A DNA stretch of 64,000 nt from Eledone cirrhosa. Taxonomy: Eukaryota. Each line of letters opens with the position of its first letter. Position 1 is the stretch's first letter. Positions 1 to 12,880 of the stretch are shown in pieces. The notes under the pieces are model-generated. The model was not told where the DNA came from and made no database searches. It saw nothing but the letters and a program-made list of their open reading frames with translations. The DNA lies in the NCBI GenBank assembly GCA_964016885.1, contig OZ024746.1, positions 90,644,001-90,708,000 on the forward strand. The letters run 5' to 3'. The translations under genes and the position numbers were made by a program.

Positions 1-80
1 CTATGAGGTAGAAAGTGTAATTAAGAAAATGAAGAATAGGAAAGACAGTTAGACCATCTGAAATGCTGCCTAATATCTCA
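1..80 (+). mobile_element. Decayed RTE LINE fragment (upstream of RT core)
   Basis: Translates to EVESVIKKMKNRK..PSEML, similar to [24 protein letters not shown] in the RTE copy at 46.8 kb. Confidence 0.55.
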
Positions 81-81
81 C

Positions 82-381
82 AATGGCTTGCAATCGAAAG
101 GTTGTGAGTTCAATTCTCAGACCGGGTGATGTGTTGTTTCCTTGAGCAAAACACTTTATTTCACATAGCTCCAGAAATGAGATGATAGGGACTGGGGTCC
201 CTATCATTCCACTGCAAAGTGGTCGTGGAGGTGCCACGGCAAAAGAGCACCCAGCACTCACTGTAAATGAGGTTGGTGTTACAAAGGGCATCCAGCTGTA
301 TAAATCAAGCCAGAATCAGTTCCCGTTCCACCCTTGTAAGCAGGGAAAAGTGGATGTAAAATGATGATGATGATGATGATA
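82..381 (+). mobile_element. tRNA-derived SINE family B (CORE-like body, RTE 3' tail), 5' truncated
   Basis: B-box-like GAGTTCAATTC, CCTTGAGCAA.ACACTT core, tail ending GGATGTAAA(ATG)n; similar to copies at 16915, 37853 and 4103. Confidence 0.85.
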
Positions 382-384
382 TAT

Positions 385-625
385 ATAACGATTTTAATAA
401 GTTTCATGATTAATCCATCTACTTTGATGCCACCATAGTTACCTAATGCACCTCCTTTACCCTTGTAGCAGTTTACAATGATACTACCCCAGCAGTGACT
501 GGGTATGACATCATCCAGTACTACTTGATTATATTTGACTAGCTCAGAAGCTACCATGCCAGATATATTCAGTATCTCAGCAACTATACCAGATGGTCCA
601 GTTGTCTTCTCTACCTTCATATCAT
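385..625 (-). mobile_element. Decayed RTE LINE RT fragment
   Basis: ORF 279-620(-): GPSGIVAEIL...WGSIIVNCYKGKG..GNYGGIK, homologous to 46790-47040. Confidence 0.85.
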
Positions 626-631
626 TATTAC

Positions 632-785
632 TGGGCTGTCCAGCATAGTTACGTCTCTTTACAATCTGAGTTCAAATCCCGCCGAGGTTGACTTTGCCTT
701 TCATCCTTACGGGGTAGATAAAATAAAGTACCAGTAATGCACTGGGTAATTGCTGGCCTTGTGCCTAAAGTAGAAACAATTATTA
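632..785 (+). mobile_element. tRNA-derived SINE family A (partial)
   Basis: GAGTTCAAATCCCGCCGAGGTTGACTTTGCCTTTCATCC...GGCCTTGTGCCTAAAGTAGAAACAATTATTA; about 20 copies in the window. Confidence 0.85.
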
Positions 786-952
786 CTGGGCTGTCATTTT
801 TACCATGATTCATCACAAAATGAACAGAAATATGTTTATATTTGAATAAGGTTGATTACTTTCTCATAGTACATGTGTAGAAAACATGCGGCCAAATATA
901 TAACACACATGTATGCTCCCATTCAAACGTGTTTAGAATAAAGATTGTTTAA

Positions 953-1349
953 CCCTTTAGCATTTAAACCAACCATATCTGGCCAGAATTCTCTCACCTC
1001 TTTCTGTTCAAACCAGCTGTAACCAGCTGCTCATACTGATGTTAAGGTATTTTTCTCAAAATAAATAATTGTTTCTACTTTTGGCAAAAGGCCAGCAATT
1101 ACCACAGTGCATTACAGGTACTTTGCCTTTCATCCGTACAGGGTTGATAAAATAAAGTTAACCTCGGTGGGATTTCAAACTCATACTGTAAAGGGCTGTA
1201 ACTCTATGCTGCAAATCATGGCGTCCGATCCTCTACTAATACTGCCAAAATAAATAATATCAAACTCTCATAGATTCGATATTATGTGATATAAAGTGTT
1301 TACCATGAAAATATAATAGTATGTATGGAGTAATGTAAATGCTAAAGGG
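953..1349. mobile_element. piggyBac-type MITE with nested SINE A (about 1063-1246)
   Basis: TTAA|CCCTTTAGCATTTA ... TAAATGCTAAAGGG|TTAA terminal inverted repeats with TTAA TSD; nested SINE flanked by CAAAATAAATAAT duplication. Confidence 0.85.
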
Positions 1350-1482
1350 TTAAGCTGAGACAAAGTTTCTTGTATGATTTCTAACATAAGAAAGTTGGCT
1401 GAAAAGTTCAAAGACTGATCAAGATACTCTCATGGAATGACCAAACGAGGTTAATTTTTCAACATAGTCCCTGGAAAGAAAC

Positions 1483-1830
1483 AACAACGCCACCACCACC
1501 ACTGCCGTCATCATCAACCCCACCGTCACCATCATCACCACCACCACTGTCATCACCATCGTCCTCACCACCACCACCGCCACCACCATCACCATTATCC
1601 TCGCCACCACCACCGCCATCACCGTCATCCTCACCACCACTACCACCCCACCACCATCACCACCGCCACCCCACCACCGCCATCATCCTCACCACCGCCA
1701 CCACCGTCATCATCACCACAGCCACCACACCACCATCATCCTCACCACCACCACCACCATCATCCTCACCACCGCCACCGTCACCACTACCATCATCATC
1801 CTCACCACCACCACCACCGTCACCACCACT
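1483..1830. repeat. (CAC/CAT)n degenerate trinucleotide microsatellite
   Basis: Seen directly in sequence. Confidence 0.9.
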
Positions 1831-2079
1831 GTTCAATGTCCCTGTTTCCACCCTAGTTAAGGGTTCTCCTTATATGGAGAAGTCTAGAAGCTGCTGCTGT
1901 AATGAAGCTGTAAAAGGTTGATAAGGTGAAACAGTATCGCAGAGATAGAAGTTGATTGCGATCATTAACGAGATAATAGATTCGTTAGTCCCCGTATCAT
2001 GGAAGTAGTGTTTAGTGTTTAGAACAACATCAACAAACTGACGGTCATTATCACATTACCACTCACTATAGCATCATTT

Positions 2080-2430
2080 ATTACCATGGCAACAATCATC
2101 ACCATCATCATCATCAACGCTATCATGACAACAATCATCATCATCATCATCACCACCATTCACTATAACAGTCATCGATCATCATCATTACCATGGTAAT
2201 AATAATAATCATCATCATCATCATCATCATCACCACCACTCATTGTAACAGTTACCAATCATCATTACCATGGTAACAATCACCATCATCATCATCATCA
2301 CCACCATTGACTGTAACAGTCACCAATCATCATTAACCATGGTAACAATCACCATTATCATCATCATCACCTCTACCATAGTACCATTCATTAGTCACCA
2401 TCACCACCATCACCATCACCATCATCACTA
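2080..2430. repeat. (CAT/CAC)n microsatellite with recurring CATTACCATGGTAA unit
   Basis: Seen directly in sequence. Confidence 0.85.
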
Positions 2431-2454
2431 TCAGTGAGAATAAAGGCAAAATGG

Positions 2455-3103
2455 TGTGGTATGGTCCCGTAATTCCTGATAGAGTGGTAGGGGCACCATA
2501 TTGACATACAGCAGTTCCTGGCCATTTTAAGCCTGGCAGAGCCCAACCCTTTTCCAGGTCTGCGTACAGCAGATTTCTTCCAGAGAAAGATAGAGAGAGT
2601 GAGAGAGAGAGAGAGGAAATGAGAAAGAGATAGACCCCAGTATTTGACTGGTATTTCTTTTTTATCAACCTCGAAAGAGAAAGATAGAAAATGAGAGAGA
2701 GAGAGAGGGGAAATGAGAAAGAGATATAGAGGAAGATAGACCCCAGTATTTGACTGGTATTTCTTTTGTATCAACCTCGAAAGAGAAAGATAGAAAATGA
2801 GAGAGAGAGAGGGGGGAAATGAGAAAGAGATATAGAGGAAGATAGACCCCAGTATTTGACTGGTATTTCTTTTTTATCAACCTCGAAAGAGAAAGATAGA
2901 AAATGAGAGAGAGAGAGGAAATGAGAAAGAGATATAGAGGAAGAATAGACCCCAGTATTTGACTGGTATTTTTGTATATCAACCTCGAAAGGATGAAAGG
3001 CAAAGATGACATCAGCAGAATTTGAACAGGGAGAGCAGAGAGCTGGAACGAATACCACAAAACATTCTATCTGACGTTCCAACAACTCTACCAATTCACC
3101 GCC
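2455..3103 (-). mobile_element. tRNA-derived SINE family C with an internal ~110-bp tandem amplification
   Basis: Head GGCGGTGAATTGGTAGAGTTGTTGG, TTTGCCTTTCATCC core, CT-rich segment and distinct tail; homologous to 6530-6812 and 27386-27720. Confidence 0.8.
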
Positions 3104-3132
3104 TTCAAAGGCAAAATAGAAATAATTAAAAT

Positions 3133-3243
3133 AATTGTTTCTACTTTAGGCACAAGGCCATCAATTACCCAGTGCATTACTGGTACTTTATTTTATCGAC
3201 CCCGTAAGGATGAAAGGCAAAGTCAACCTCGGCGGGATTTGAA
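3133..3243 (-). mobile_element. SINE A 3' fragment
   Basis: Matches family A. Confidence 0.8.
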
Positions 3244-3464
3244 ATAATTAAAATAATCCTGCAAAGATTGTGCAATGGTTCATTTCATTAAAAACAAGGA
3301 TATTTATTGATGAGGATTAAATTAATTAATTCTATTATTCCTGTTGGAAACCCTTTGACGAGGTTTTTCTTCAGAAAGGGGTCTCCAACAGACTGATTTC
3401 CTCCTCCTTCCACCGCACCTTCACTGGGGGGGGGGGGGGGGGGGGATGTCATGATTTAATTAGT

Positions 3465-3760
3465 CATACACAAATATACATATACACGCACACATATATA
3501 TACACACACACAAACACATATATACATACATACACACAAACATATATACATACATACACACAAACACATATACATACATACACACAAACATATATACATA
3601 CACACAAACACATATATACATACATACACACAAACACATATATACATACATACACACAAACATATATACATACACACAAACACATATATACATACATACA
3701 CACAAACACATATATACATACATACACACAAACACATATATAGATACATACACACACAAA
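3465..3760. repeat. (CA/TA)-compound microsatellite
   Basis: Seen directly in sequence. Confidence 0.9.
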
Positions 3761-3798
3761 CAGATACATCTGTTCCATCCTCTGTGTCATTGACACAA

Positions 3799-4058
3799 CA
3801 GTCCACACTGTCAGGTGGTCATGTAGGAGACATGGTGAAAAGGCTCCCAGTCCACACTGTCAGGTGGTCATGTAGGAGACATGGTGAAAAGGCTCCCAGT
3901 CCACACTGTAAATGTGGTTGGTATTAGGAAGAGCATCCAACTCTAAAAAACCTGCCAGAGACACTTCTGTGCAAGCAAGTCACGGCCTCCCGACCATTCC
4001 CGCATCAAAACTGTCTAACCCATGCTAGCGTGGAAGATGGATGTTAAACAATGATGAT
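3799..4058 (+). mobile_element. RTE LINE 3' UTR fragment with ~49-bp internal duplication
   Basis: CCACACTGTAAATGTGGTTGG..AGGAAG.GCATCCA...CCCATGCTAGCGTGGAAG...(ATG)n, as at 49840-50012. Confidence 0.75.
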
Positions 4059-4102
4059 ATGTACACACACACAGAAACAAACACATACACACACACAAAG
4101 AT

Positions 4103-4442
4103 CATCATCATCATCATTTTACGTCCGCTTTTCCCTGCTTGCAAGGGTGGGACGGGAACTGATTCTGGATTGATTTATACAGCTGGATGCCCTTCCTAAC
4201 ACCAACCTCATTTTACAGTGAGTGCTGGGTGCTTTTTTTTGCCATGGCACCTCCACGACCACTTTGCTGTGGAATGATATGGACCCCAGTCCCTATCATC
4301 TCATTTCTACAGCTGAGTAAACTGGAGCAATGTGAAATAAAGTGTCTTGCTCAAGGAAACAACACATCACCCGGTCTGAGAATTGAACTCACAACCTTTC
4401 AATTGCAAGTCCAATACTCTAACCACTAAGCCATATGCCTTC
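4103..4442 (-). mobile_element. SINE family B, full length
   Basis: Reverse complement of head TGGCTTAGTGGTTAGAG and of the RTE tail. Confidence 0.9.
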
Positions 4443-4759
4443 ATAGATACGCATACAAATATACACACACATTCACATTTCGTTGGTTTTCTTTTAATTG
4501 GAAGAGAAGAAATGGCTGAAATATAGTGTGTCTGTGTGCATGTGCATTTGTTTTGTGTATGTGTATGAGTGCACACGCGCATGTGTCTTTTGTGTGTACA
4601 CATGCAAACATACCTATGCATGAAGGAGGGGGAGTAATGGAAAATGTGTGAATCTTGGAAATTATTGTGTAGGAATACCACTTGATGTGTGTTTGTGGGT
4701 GTGTGAGACTGAGAAAATGAGTGTGTGTATGTGAGAGTGTGTCTGTCTGTATCTTTTAT

Positions 4760-5351
4760 CAGAGGTATAACTAGGGCAAATAGCCCCTATGGCAAGCAGT
4801 GAAATTGTAACCCCTGTCCAGAGGCATAACTAGGGGAAATAGCACCTATGGCAAGCAGTGAAATTGTGACCCCTGTCCAGAGGCATAACTAGGGGAAATA
4901 GCACCGATGGCAAGCAGTGAAATTGTGCCCCAGCCCAGCACTGTATTTTTACCTATGGGGGTCTAATAATTTATATAAATGGTTTAATGATCCAGCCACC
5001 ATAGTGTTCTCACCCATGATAATTGTTTCCACTTTTGGCACAAGGCCAGCAATTACCCAGTGCATTACTGGTACTTTATTTTATCGACCCCGTAAGGATG
5101 AAAGGTAAAGTTAACCTCGGCGGGATTTGAACTCATAATGGTAAGGGCTGTAACTCTATGCGTCAAAAGCATGGCATCCGACCCTCTACCGATACTGCCA
5201 ATCCACCTATGATAATCAGAGATAGATCATACATCTGATGGAGTTTCTTTTTTCACTCTCCGATGAAGCTTATTTGACTTGAATAGGATGTGCTCCTAGT
5301 CCAAGTGGCACCCATGGCACATGCCATGCTTGCCTCCTAGTTACGCCTCTG
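4760..5351. mobile_element. hAT-type MITE with triplicated 5' ~59-bp unit and nested SINE A (about 5019-5207)
   Basis: TIR CAGAGGTATAACTAGG / CCTAGTTACGCCTCTG; degenerate 8-bp TSD TCTTTTAT/TCTGTTAC; homologous to 38830-39169. Confidence 0.8.
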
Positions 5352-5730
5352 TCTGTTACAGATGTTATATCTTTGATATTGTATTGTCTCACTGTCTCAC
5401 TATCAACAGGTGGACAGCTGGAATTTTTATGAGCTGCAAATTATAAGAGACATTTGAAAATGGCTGCTTGTGTGTCTGTGAATATATATTTTATAGTTAT
5501 GAAGCCATATACAAAAATTACAGCCTGCACGCCTCACAAAACAACACACAAGAAAGTTCTATAATTTCATTATAAAAGAAAACATACTGTGTCTCCCACA
5601 ACTTCAGTATACTTCATATAAAAAATAGCTCATAAATCTATGACAATATATAATATATATGTGTGTGTGTGTGTGTGCGTGCATGCATATATACACACAT
5701 ATATGTGAATGTATGTATGTGTATAGATGC

Positions 5731-5767
<37 letters not shown>

Positions 5768-5770
<3 letters not shown>

Positions 5771-6005
5771 GCATCTTCCAACAGACATGGTCGCATTCTT
5801 TTAAGGGTATGTCAATATTTGTTTATAAAACTGATCTATATTATATTTTATCTGATGAAAGCGCACCATAATTTGCTTTGGTGTCCTTGAAATATGTATA
5901 ATGAAATAAATATGGTTTTATAAATATAGTTTCCATTTATTAATATATTGTATTTTTACTCCAAAAATTTGTTGAGTGCTTTATATCAGTTATAAAAATA
6001 TATTG
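5768..6005 (+). mobile_element. Hammerhead-bearing short element next to (TA)n (Penelope-like LTR/retrozyme-like, family P1)
   Basis: Starts at the end of a (TA)n tract; homologous to 55690-55915 and 54935-55170; contains a hammerhead motif. Confidence 0.7.
5844..5908 (+). ncRNA. Minimal type-I hammerhead ribozyme motif
   Basis: Stem I TATTTTAT/ATGAAATA; CTGATGA 5852-5858; stem II GCACCA/TGGTGT; GAAA 5889-5892; short stem III; AUA cleavage triplet 5898-5900. Confidence 0.75.
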
Positions 6006-6085
6006 CAGAGACACAGAGGTATGTCTGTGTTCTGTCTACATACTTCAATTATTTCTGATATTAACTAATAGCTGAGTGACTTTGA

Positions 6086-6134
<49 letters not shown>

Positions 6135-6316
6135 CTGTTTCTACTTTAGGCACAAGACCAGCAATTATCCAGTGCATTACTGGTACTTTATTTTATCGAC
6201 CCCGTAAGGATGAAAGGCAAAGTCAACCTCGGCGGGATTTGAACTCAGATCGTAAAGGGACGTAACTATGCTGGAAAGCATGGCGTCCGACCCTCTACCG
6301 ATACTGCCAATCCACT
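6135..6316 (-). mobile_element. SINE A
   Basis: Near-complete match to family A. Confidence 0.9.
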
Positions 6317-6529
6317 GTAATGTAATACAATGTAATACTATTTCTAGAAGTGATTTTTTATGACGGGGCCAGTCATTCATTCTGAAATGAGGTTGAGTAC
6401 TGGACATATGCTACACTAGAATATGTCACTGTTTTTAATTATCCAGATGCAAAATACTTCCACTATTTTAAATTGCGCCAAACTTACACAAGTCCAATAT
6501 TTGATTACATCCATAGCATGTTGCTATAA

Positions 6530-6812
6530 CATGGTCCTGTAAATCCTGAGGGAGGCTGCCATATTGAAATGTTCGTACGCCGTTTCTTGGGCATTTTAAA
6601 CCTGGTGGAGCCCAACCCTCTCCAGGTCTGAATACAGCAAATTTCTTCCAGAGAAGGATAGAGAGTGAAAGAAAAAAAGTGAGAAAGAGATATAGAGGAG
6701 GAATCAGCCCCAGTACTTGACTGGTATATTATTGACCTCGAAAGGATTAAAGGAAGGTGGACCTTGATGGGATTTGAAGAGTAGTGTGCCATAACGAATA
6801 CCGCAAAGCATT
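6530..6812 (-). mobile_element. SINE C (5' truncated)
   Basis: Homologous to 27386-27720. Confidence 0.75.
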
Positions 6813-6836
6813 TTATTATCATTATATTCAATTATG

Positions 6837-7026
6837 GGTGGTGGATTGGCAGTATTGGTAGAGGGTCAAACGCCATGCTTTGTGGCATGGAGTTGTGGCC
6901 CTCTACGTTCTGAGTTCAAATCCCGCCGAGGTTAACTTTGCCTTTCAACCTTACGGGATCGATAAAATAAAGCACCAGTAATGCACTGGCTAATTGCTGG
7001 CCTTGTGCTAAAAGTAGAAACAATTA
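6837..7026 (+). mobile_element. SINE A, full length
   Basis: A-box-like TGGCAGTATTGG, B-box GAGTTCAAATCC, family A tail. Confidence 0.9.
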
Positions 7027-7091
7027 TATTCAATTATTATTCCATTACTGAACATCCATGACAGTTTAATATGGAGCAATGGATTGGTTAA

Positions 7092-7620
7092 GTGAGAAGA
7101 CTATTGGATGTAATGTTTGGTGAGAAGACTATTGGATGTAATGTTTGGAGAGAAGACTATTGGATGTAATGTTTGGTGAGAAGACTATTGGATGTAATGT
7201 TTGGTGAGAAGACTATTGGATGTAATGTTTGGTGAGAAGACTATTGGATGTAATGTTTGGTGAGAAGACTATTGGATGTAATGTTTGGTGAGAAGACTAT
7301 TGGATGTAATGTTTGGTGAGAAGACTATTGGATGTAATGTTTGGTGAGAAGACTATTGGATGTAATGTTTGGAGAGAAGACTATTGGATGTAATGTTTGG
7401 TGAGAAGACTATTGGATGTAATGTTTGGTGAGAAGACTATTGGATGTAATGTTTGGTGAGAAGACTATTGGATGTAATGTTTGGTGAGAAGACTATTGGA
7501 TGTAATGTTTGGTGAGAAGACTATTGGATGTAATGTTTGGTGAGAAGACTATTGGATGTAATGTTTGGTGAGAAGACTATTGGATGTAATGTTTGGTGAG
7601 AAGACTATTGGATGTAATGT
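7092..7620. repeat. 28-bp minisatellite, about 19 copies
   Basis: Unit GTGAGAAGACTATTGGATGTAATGTTTG, nearly invariant. Confidence 0.95.
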
Positions 7621-8699
7621 GTTTCTACTTTGATAGACTTTCAGACAATTATGATATACTGAAAAGAGAAAAAATGAAATTTACAACTCACACCTATGAA
7701 GGTATAGTTGGTCTCCTACAAGGATAAATCACATTGGTTTCTCAGATGTTTTAAAGATAGAGAGACTAGTCTTATCATGGTATCATTGTTACAGGTCACA
7801 CCTGTGCAGATGTAGCTGGCCTCTTGTATTTCGTATGAGGTTTCTTGGGTTATTTTAATGATACAGACTCTAGTCATATAATGAAAAGCAATATGAAATG
7901 AAGCTCAAGCATACATTGCACCATCCAGTCAAGAAATCAAACCCACGGTGAGATGATTGTGAATCCAACACCCTAACCACAAGGTAATTCACAAATTAAG
8001 GGTATAAAACATAATTAGTTTCACACAGACGAAATTCAAAGTTACTATGGCCATGCTGCAGCACAGCCATTAATCAGATATGACAAGGAGTATATGAAAA
8101 TATAGAAACAGTCTAACCATAGGTACCAATCTAGTTGTCACAATTCTATTTAGGATCAATATTGTGTAGTCTCTCTAGATTTATTAGAGTATCCATTAAT
8201 TGCAGTCAGTCTTATATTTCTTAATATAAATTTTAAACATGAAATTCTCAGAGTTTCATTCAACATTTATTTTATTTTTCCCTTTTTAATCAGTTTTGAA
8301 AAGAAGAAAAAATAAATAACTACTAGGAGTGTTGCAGATCTGGCAAATTTATGACATTCTAAATAGGAAAAAAATTTCAGTAAAGAATTTAAGCTGAAAA
8401 TTTAAACCTCTTGTAAGCAGGAAAATTTTAAATCTGATTGAAAGGAAGCACTTGAAGGTCAGTTAAAACTTTCTTTTCTAATGTGATTAAAAACAATGTA
8501 AGAATACTATAATAAAATAACCAGAAAGATACTATCAGCTTTGCTTTTTCAAATCTAATCTAAGAAAAGGATTGATTAAAATCTATTATTTTCCTATCAC
8601 AGCAACATTTCAAGATGTACTTACATTATTGTATATTTTTTAATTTATTATATAACCTCTGAAAACTTGAAGAAATTTTTTTTACTTCATTTTCTTTTA

Positions 8700-9000
8700 C
8701 ATTCCCAGCAGCACCCACTGAAGTAGCTAGAAAACCTGGATGGCAACCAAAATCCTTGAGTGATAAGGAAACCTGGCACTACATACAGGCAACGAAGTGT
8801 AAGGGGTGAGGGGAAAAGATAAGGACACATCCCATAAAGAAAAGGAAGAGAACAGCAAAGTGAGGGGGCTTTCAATTTGGCACTAATCCCAGACCACCTT
8901 ATCATGATGACTTGGCTTCCACTAAGCAGCCTGTCCTCCAATTATTGGCAAGGCGCCTGTGCTGCACAATTAGTGGAATAGAAATTCTTGCAATAAAAGC
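8700..9000. other. Non-repetitive, higher-GC island; possible exon (strand unresolved)
   Basis: On +: pyrimidine tract and CAG near 8708, frame APTEVARKPGWQPKSLSDKETWHYIQATKCKG*, AATAAA at 8992; no homology recognised. Confidence 0.25.
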
Positions 9001-9669
9001 TTTAAGTTTATTTAAAAAGAAATATATATATATATATTTTTTTTAATAATGGATAAATATGAAATGTTTTTTTCCAAATCCCCTTTCTGAAATAATATTT
9101 TCAATATGATATGAAAAGTCTTATTGGGTGTTTTTCTTCTTTAACTGAACTTAGAGGCACATCTGTGCATTTCTTCATTAAATGAGATAACAAAAAGATA
9201 AGATTAAAATAAGAAGTATAAAAGATGAATTAAGTCTTTTGGGAGACATTACTTTACAAGGCTGTTTCCAATTGTACTTGATAACTCTTCACTGAACAGG
9301 AAGCTTAGCCATTCTAGAATAAATAGCTGATTAAATGGATTAATTCCACTTTTTAAACACTGCCTCCTTAGCCATCATAATTTATGCAACTGTATTTGAA
9401 AAAATAAAAAAAATCCCCTCTAGAAATCATAGACAAATAAATTAAAAAGTGAAAAATAATTTAAGTAAATATAAAGCATAATTATATGAATTTCTCTTAG
9501 AAAGATTCAAGGAAATAGTTTCACAGACAAAGCATTCTAATCTAAAACAACTCTGGTCTGTAGTTTTAAAATACTCCACAGGAAAAAACAATAATTTATT
9601 ATGTTTAATTACTTCATGAAACCCCAGTATTTTAAGACGGGCTGCTGTTATTAAAGATGATAGAGAAAA

Positions 9670-9838
9670 AGCATCCAGTACTCATTGTAAATCTGGTGGG
9701 CATCCAGCCATAGAAACTAAGCCAAGATCAGTTCTATAATGGCAAGAATGGTCGTCTGACCTCGACTTGCTTTAAATTGGACAACCCGTGAAACCCATGC
9801 TAGCGTGGAAAATGGATGTTAAACAGTGATGATGATGA
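9670..9838 (+). mobile_element. Old RTE 3' end fragment
   Basis: GGGCATCCAGC...CCCATGCTAGCGTGGAAAATGGATGTTAAA..(GAT)n. Confidence 0.65.
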
Positions 9839-10768
9839 ATGCTACACACATCTAGAGAATATTTATTGAAAATAAATAAAAGAAACTACCAGGTTATTAA
9901 ATTGTCCACAGTTATTAAAACATTGTTTCTCCATTTTCAACTAACATTTAACTTTCAACGGGAGTCTGAAAACTTGGTCATATTTTAACGATACCAAAAT
10001 TATATATATTAAAAAAATCCCATTTAGTTACTCCAACCCTGCTCTGTTTACTACACATGCAAAATACTAATTATCTTGAGTCAGTTTTCCTGGAGTTACT
10101 GAACTTCCTCTTCAGAGACAAAGAACTTTAGTGCAAAGATAAAACCATTTTGATCTCCAAATACTGACTGCCCCCTGCCTCATTGACAAGCCAGCCCTCA
10201 CCCTTTAAACCTTGGATCACCACCAAGTTATGTCTTCCCTACCTCTTCTATTATTACGATAATAACCTCTGCTCCTCTCAATGTGATGGCTTTATTCCAA
10301 GTGGATTTAAAACTTCTCACTGTGTTTGCACTATCTTGCCCCAATGCTTATCTCCTTACAGTGTCTCTATCAAATGTTGTATGCAATATACTACTCTTCA
10401 TTGGAATACTCTCCCTCTTTCGATGTATTCCCCTTAATTTTGCAACTTTAATATAATTACCAAAACATCAATATAATTTAACCTAGCCCTCTCTTTCTAT
10501 GTTAACTGAAAACAGACCAGTGCCAATAACTAATTAGACTCATGTAAAAAGGCTTCAAACAATTTAGCAGTTAACATTAGATTGATATTTTAAATTATGC
10601 ATAGTTTGTGGAATTGATTCTACTTCTTAAAAGACTAATTAGAAGTGGTGAATTTTCAACAAATGACTGGTTTACAGATGAAAAGGTGAAGTCAGTTAAG
10701 GCAAGATTTGAACTCAAGAGTACGAAACTGAAAGTATGTTAGATTGAGAAAACTAACCACTTCCTATT

Positions 10769-10973
10769 TAAACCAACCAGAATTCTCTCACCCCTTTGTT
10801 TAAACCAGCTGTAACCAGCTGCTCATACTGATATTAAGGTATTGTTCTAAAAATAAGTAATATCAAAATCTCATAGATTCGATATTATGTGAGATATTTC
10901 TGTCAAAGCCTTTACCACAAAAATATAATAGTATATATTATAGTATAAATAGAGTAATGTAAATGCTAAAGGG
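10769..10973. mobile_element. piggyBac-type MITE (left end eroded)
   Basis: Ends AAATGCTAAAGGG|TTAA; internal match to 953-1349. Confidence 0.8.
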
Positions 10974-11259
10974 TTAACTAGTATTCTTAGAAAAATATCT
11001 TAGATTGATGAAAGGTAGATTTTTATAGAAATCTTTTATTTACAAAAGTAAATTTAAGATAAACATTCACAATACTGGTTTAACTCATAGAAGGAGATTC
11101 CTTATTAAAACAAAGGCAAAAATGATATTGTGTTATGTCCATGCTTTTCACAAGAGCAATTGAAATCGGCATAGATTCAGTTTACCTCTTGATTTTACAC
11201 TTTTCCTGCCAACCTGTATGTGACTATCTGCAATTCATATACAAAACTTCTTAATTTAA

Positions 11260-11461
11260 CACTTTAGTATTTACATTACTCTATATTTACTATTTTATTT
11301 TCATGGTAAACACATGTCACATAATATCAAATCTATGAGATTTTGATATTATTTATTTTGAGAATACATTAACATAAGTATGAGCAGCTGGTTATGGCTG
11401 GTTTAAAGAGACGGAGATGAGAGAATTCTGGTCGGATATGGCTGGTTTAAATGCTAAAGGG
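11260..11461. mobile_element. piggyBac-type MITE (opposite orientation)
   Basis: TTAA flanks and TIRs; internal match to the family. Confidence 0.8.
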
Positions 11462-11547
11462 TTAAAGTTTTCATTAAATTAAATCCATCCATCATAATTT
11501 TCTGTCAGACACTTTTTGCTAGGTTTCTGTTCAACCCACCAATTTAA

Positions 11548-11757
11548 TAATTGTTTCTGATTTAGGAACATGACAAATAATTTGGAGGGGGCAGCAAAAG
11601 TGGATTAAATCAACCCCAGTGCATCTCTGGTGCATTTATCAACCCTGTAAGGTTAAAAGATAAAGCTAACCTAGGTGAGATAACTCTGAACATAAAGGGC
11701 TGTAACTCTATGACACAAAACATGTAGCCCGATGCTCTATCGATACTGCCAATCCAC
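11548..11757 (-). mobile_element. Diverged SINE A
   Basis: Match to family A. Confidence 0.75.
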
Positions 11758-12263
11758 AACCATTACACACACACATCAACTTATGACAACCTTCCAGATT
11801 CATGATTATCTTGAAAATTATTAAAAATTTAGGTTGTGTATGTGACAAGAAATTTGGCCATCCAAATGTTAAAACCCATTCATATTTGATATACAGATTT
11901 GTTGTCTAGGATATTAGTTGTTATCTAGTTGAAAACAAATGTTAGCAAATAGATATTGTTAAACAAACCCTAACCCATGGTAGCGTGGAAGATGGACGTT
12001 AAATGAAGATGATGATGATATATTTTCAAAAAACATTTTTTAGAATAATATTTTTAAAGGCGTTAAAAAAGTAATTAAATTTGTAAAATTTGTGAGCAAA
12101 AATTGAAGAAAAATATAAAAACATAGTTATAAAATATTAGAAGCCATCAAATTATTAATACAATTCTATGAAAGTTTTCCAACAACTATTTTTATAGATA
12201 ATACAACTTACATAAACTGTGCCAGAAGAGAATTTCTATATAAGTTTGGAAGAAGACTCATAC

Positions 12264-12400
12264 CATCACTCAAGCCATAACTACCACCACTTTTGTGTCT
12301 GTCACGAACAGTGATTAATGGGAAGAAATAATGGTCCTCTGCTGGGCCTGGGGCCAGCAGCTCCACCCACTGGGAAGTTCACCAAGGTTTCAGTGAATGT
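12264..12400 (-). other. Candidate spliced exon (137 nt), probably non-coding or UTR
   Basis: Acceptor ATTTTAG| and donor ATG|GTATGA on the minus strand; GC-richer unique sequence; a stop codon in all three frames. Confidence 0.4.
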
Positions 12401-12492
12401 CTAAAATGTTAATCATCATTATGTTACTGAAGAAATGAAGCCTTACTTAGTACACAGCAGTTTAAGTTGCTAGTGTCATTTACACATAATAA

Positions 12493-12880
12493 TAATTGTT
12501 TCTACTTTTGGCACAAGGCCAGCAATTATCCCAGTATTACTGGTACTTTATTTTATCGACCCCGTAAGGATGAAAGGTAAAGTTAACCTCGGCCGGATTT
12601 GAACTCAGATCGTAAAGGGGCATAACTCTTTGCTGCAAAGCATGGCGTCCGACCTTCTACTGATACTGCCTATCCACCGCCCTCATAATAATAATAATGG
12701 TTTCTGATTTAGAACAAGGCCAACAATTTTGCGGGGAGGGTTAAATCAACCCCTTCACTTTACTTTATTTTATCGACCTTTGTAAGAATGAAAGGCGAAC
12801 TAACCTTGGTGGAATTTAAATTCAGAAGATAAAGGGCCGTAACTCTATACTATAAAACATGGTGTCCAACACTCTACGAA
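12493..12880 (-). mobile_element. Two adjacent SINE A copies
   Basis: 12493-12681 and about 12697-12880 match family A. Confidence 0.8.

Noticed and set aside
5234-5290. CTGATGGA / CCGATGA motifs in the hAT MITE
   Set aside because: No correctly placed GAAA or stems; not a hammerhead.
7092-7620. 28-bp repeats of CRISPR-like length (also 32624-33657)
   Set aside because: Head-to-tail with no unique spacers; these are minisatellites.
8876-8900. TTTGGCACTA, similar to the miR-96 family 5' end
   Set aside because: Match limited to the seed region; no convincing precursor hairpin.
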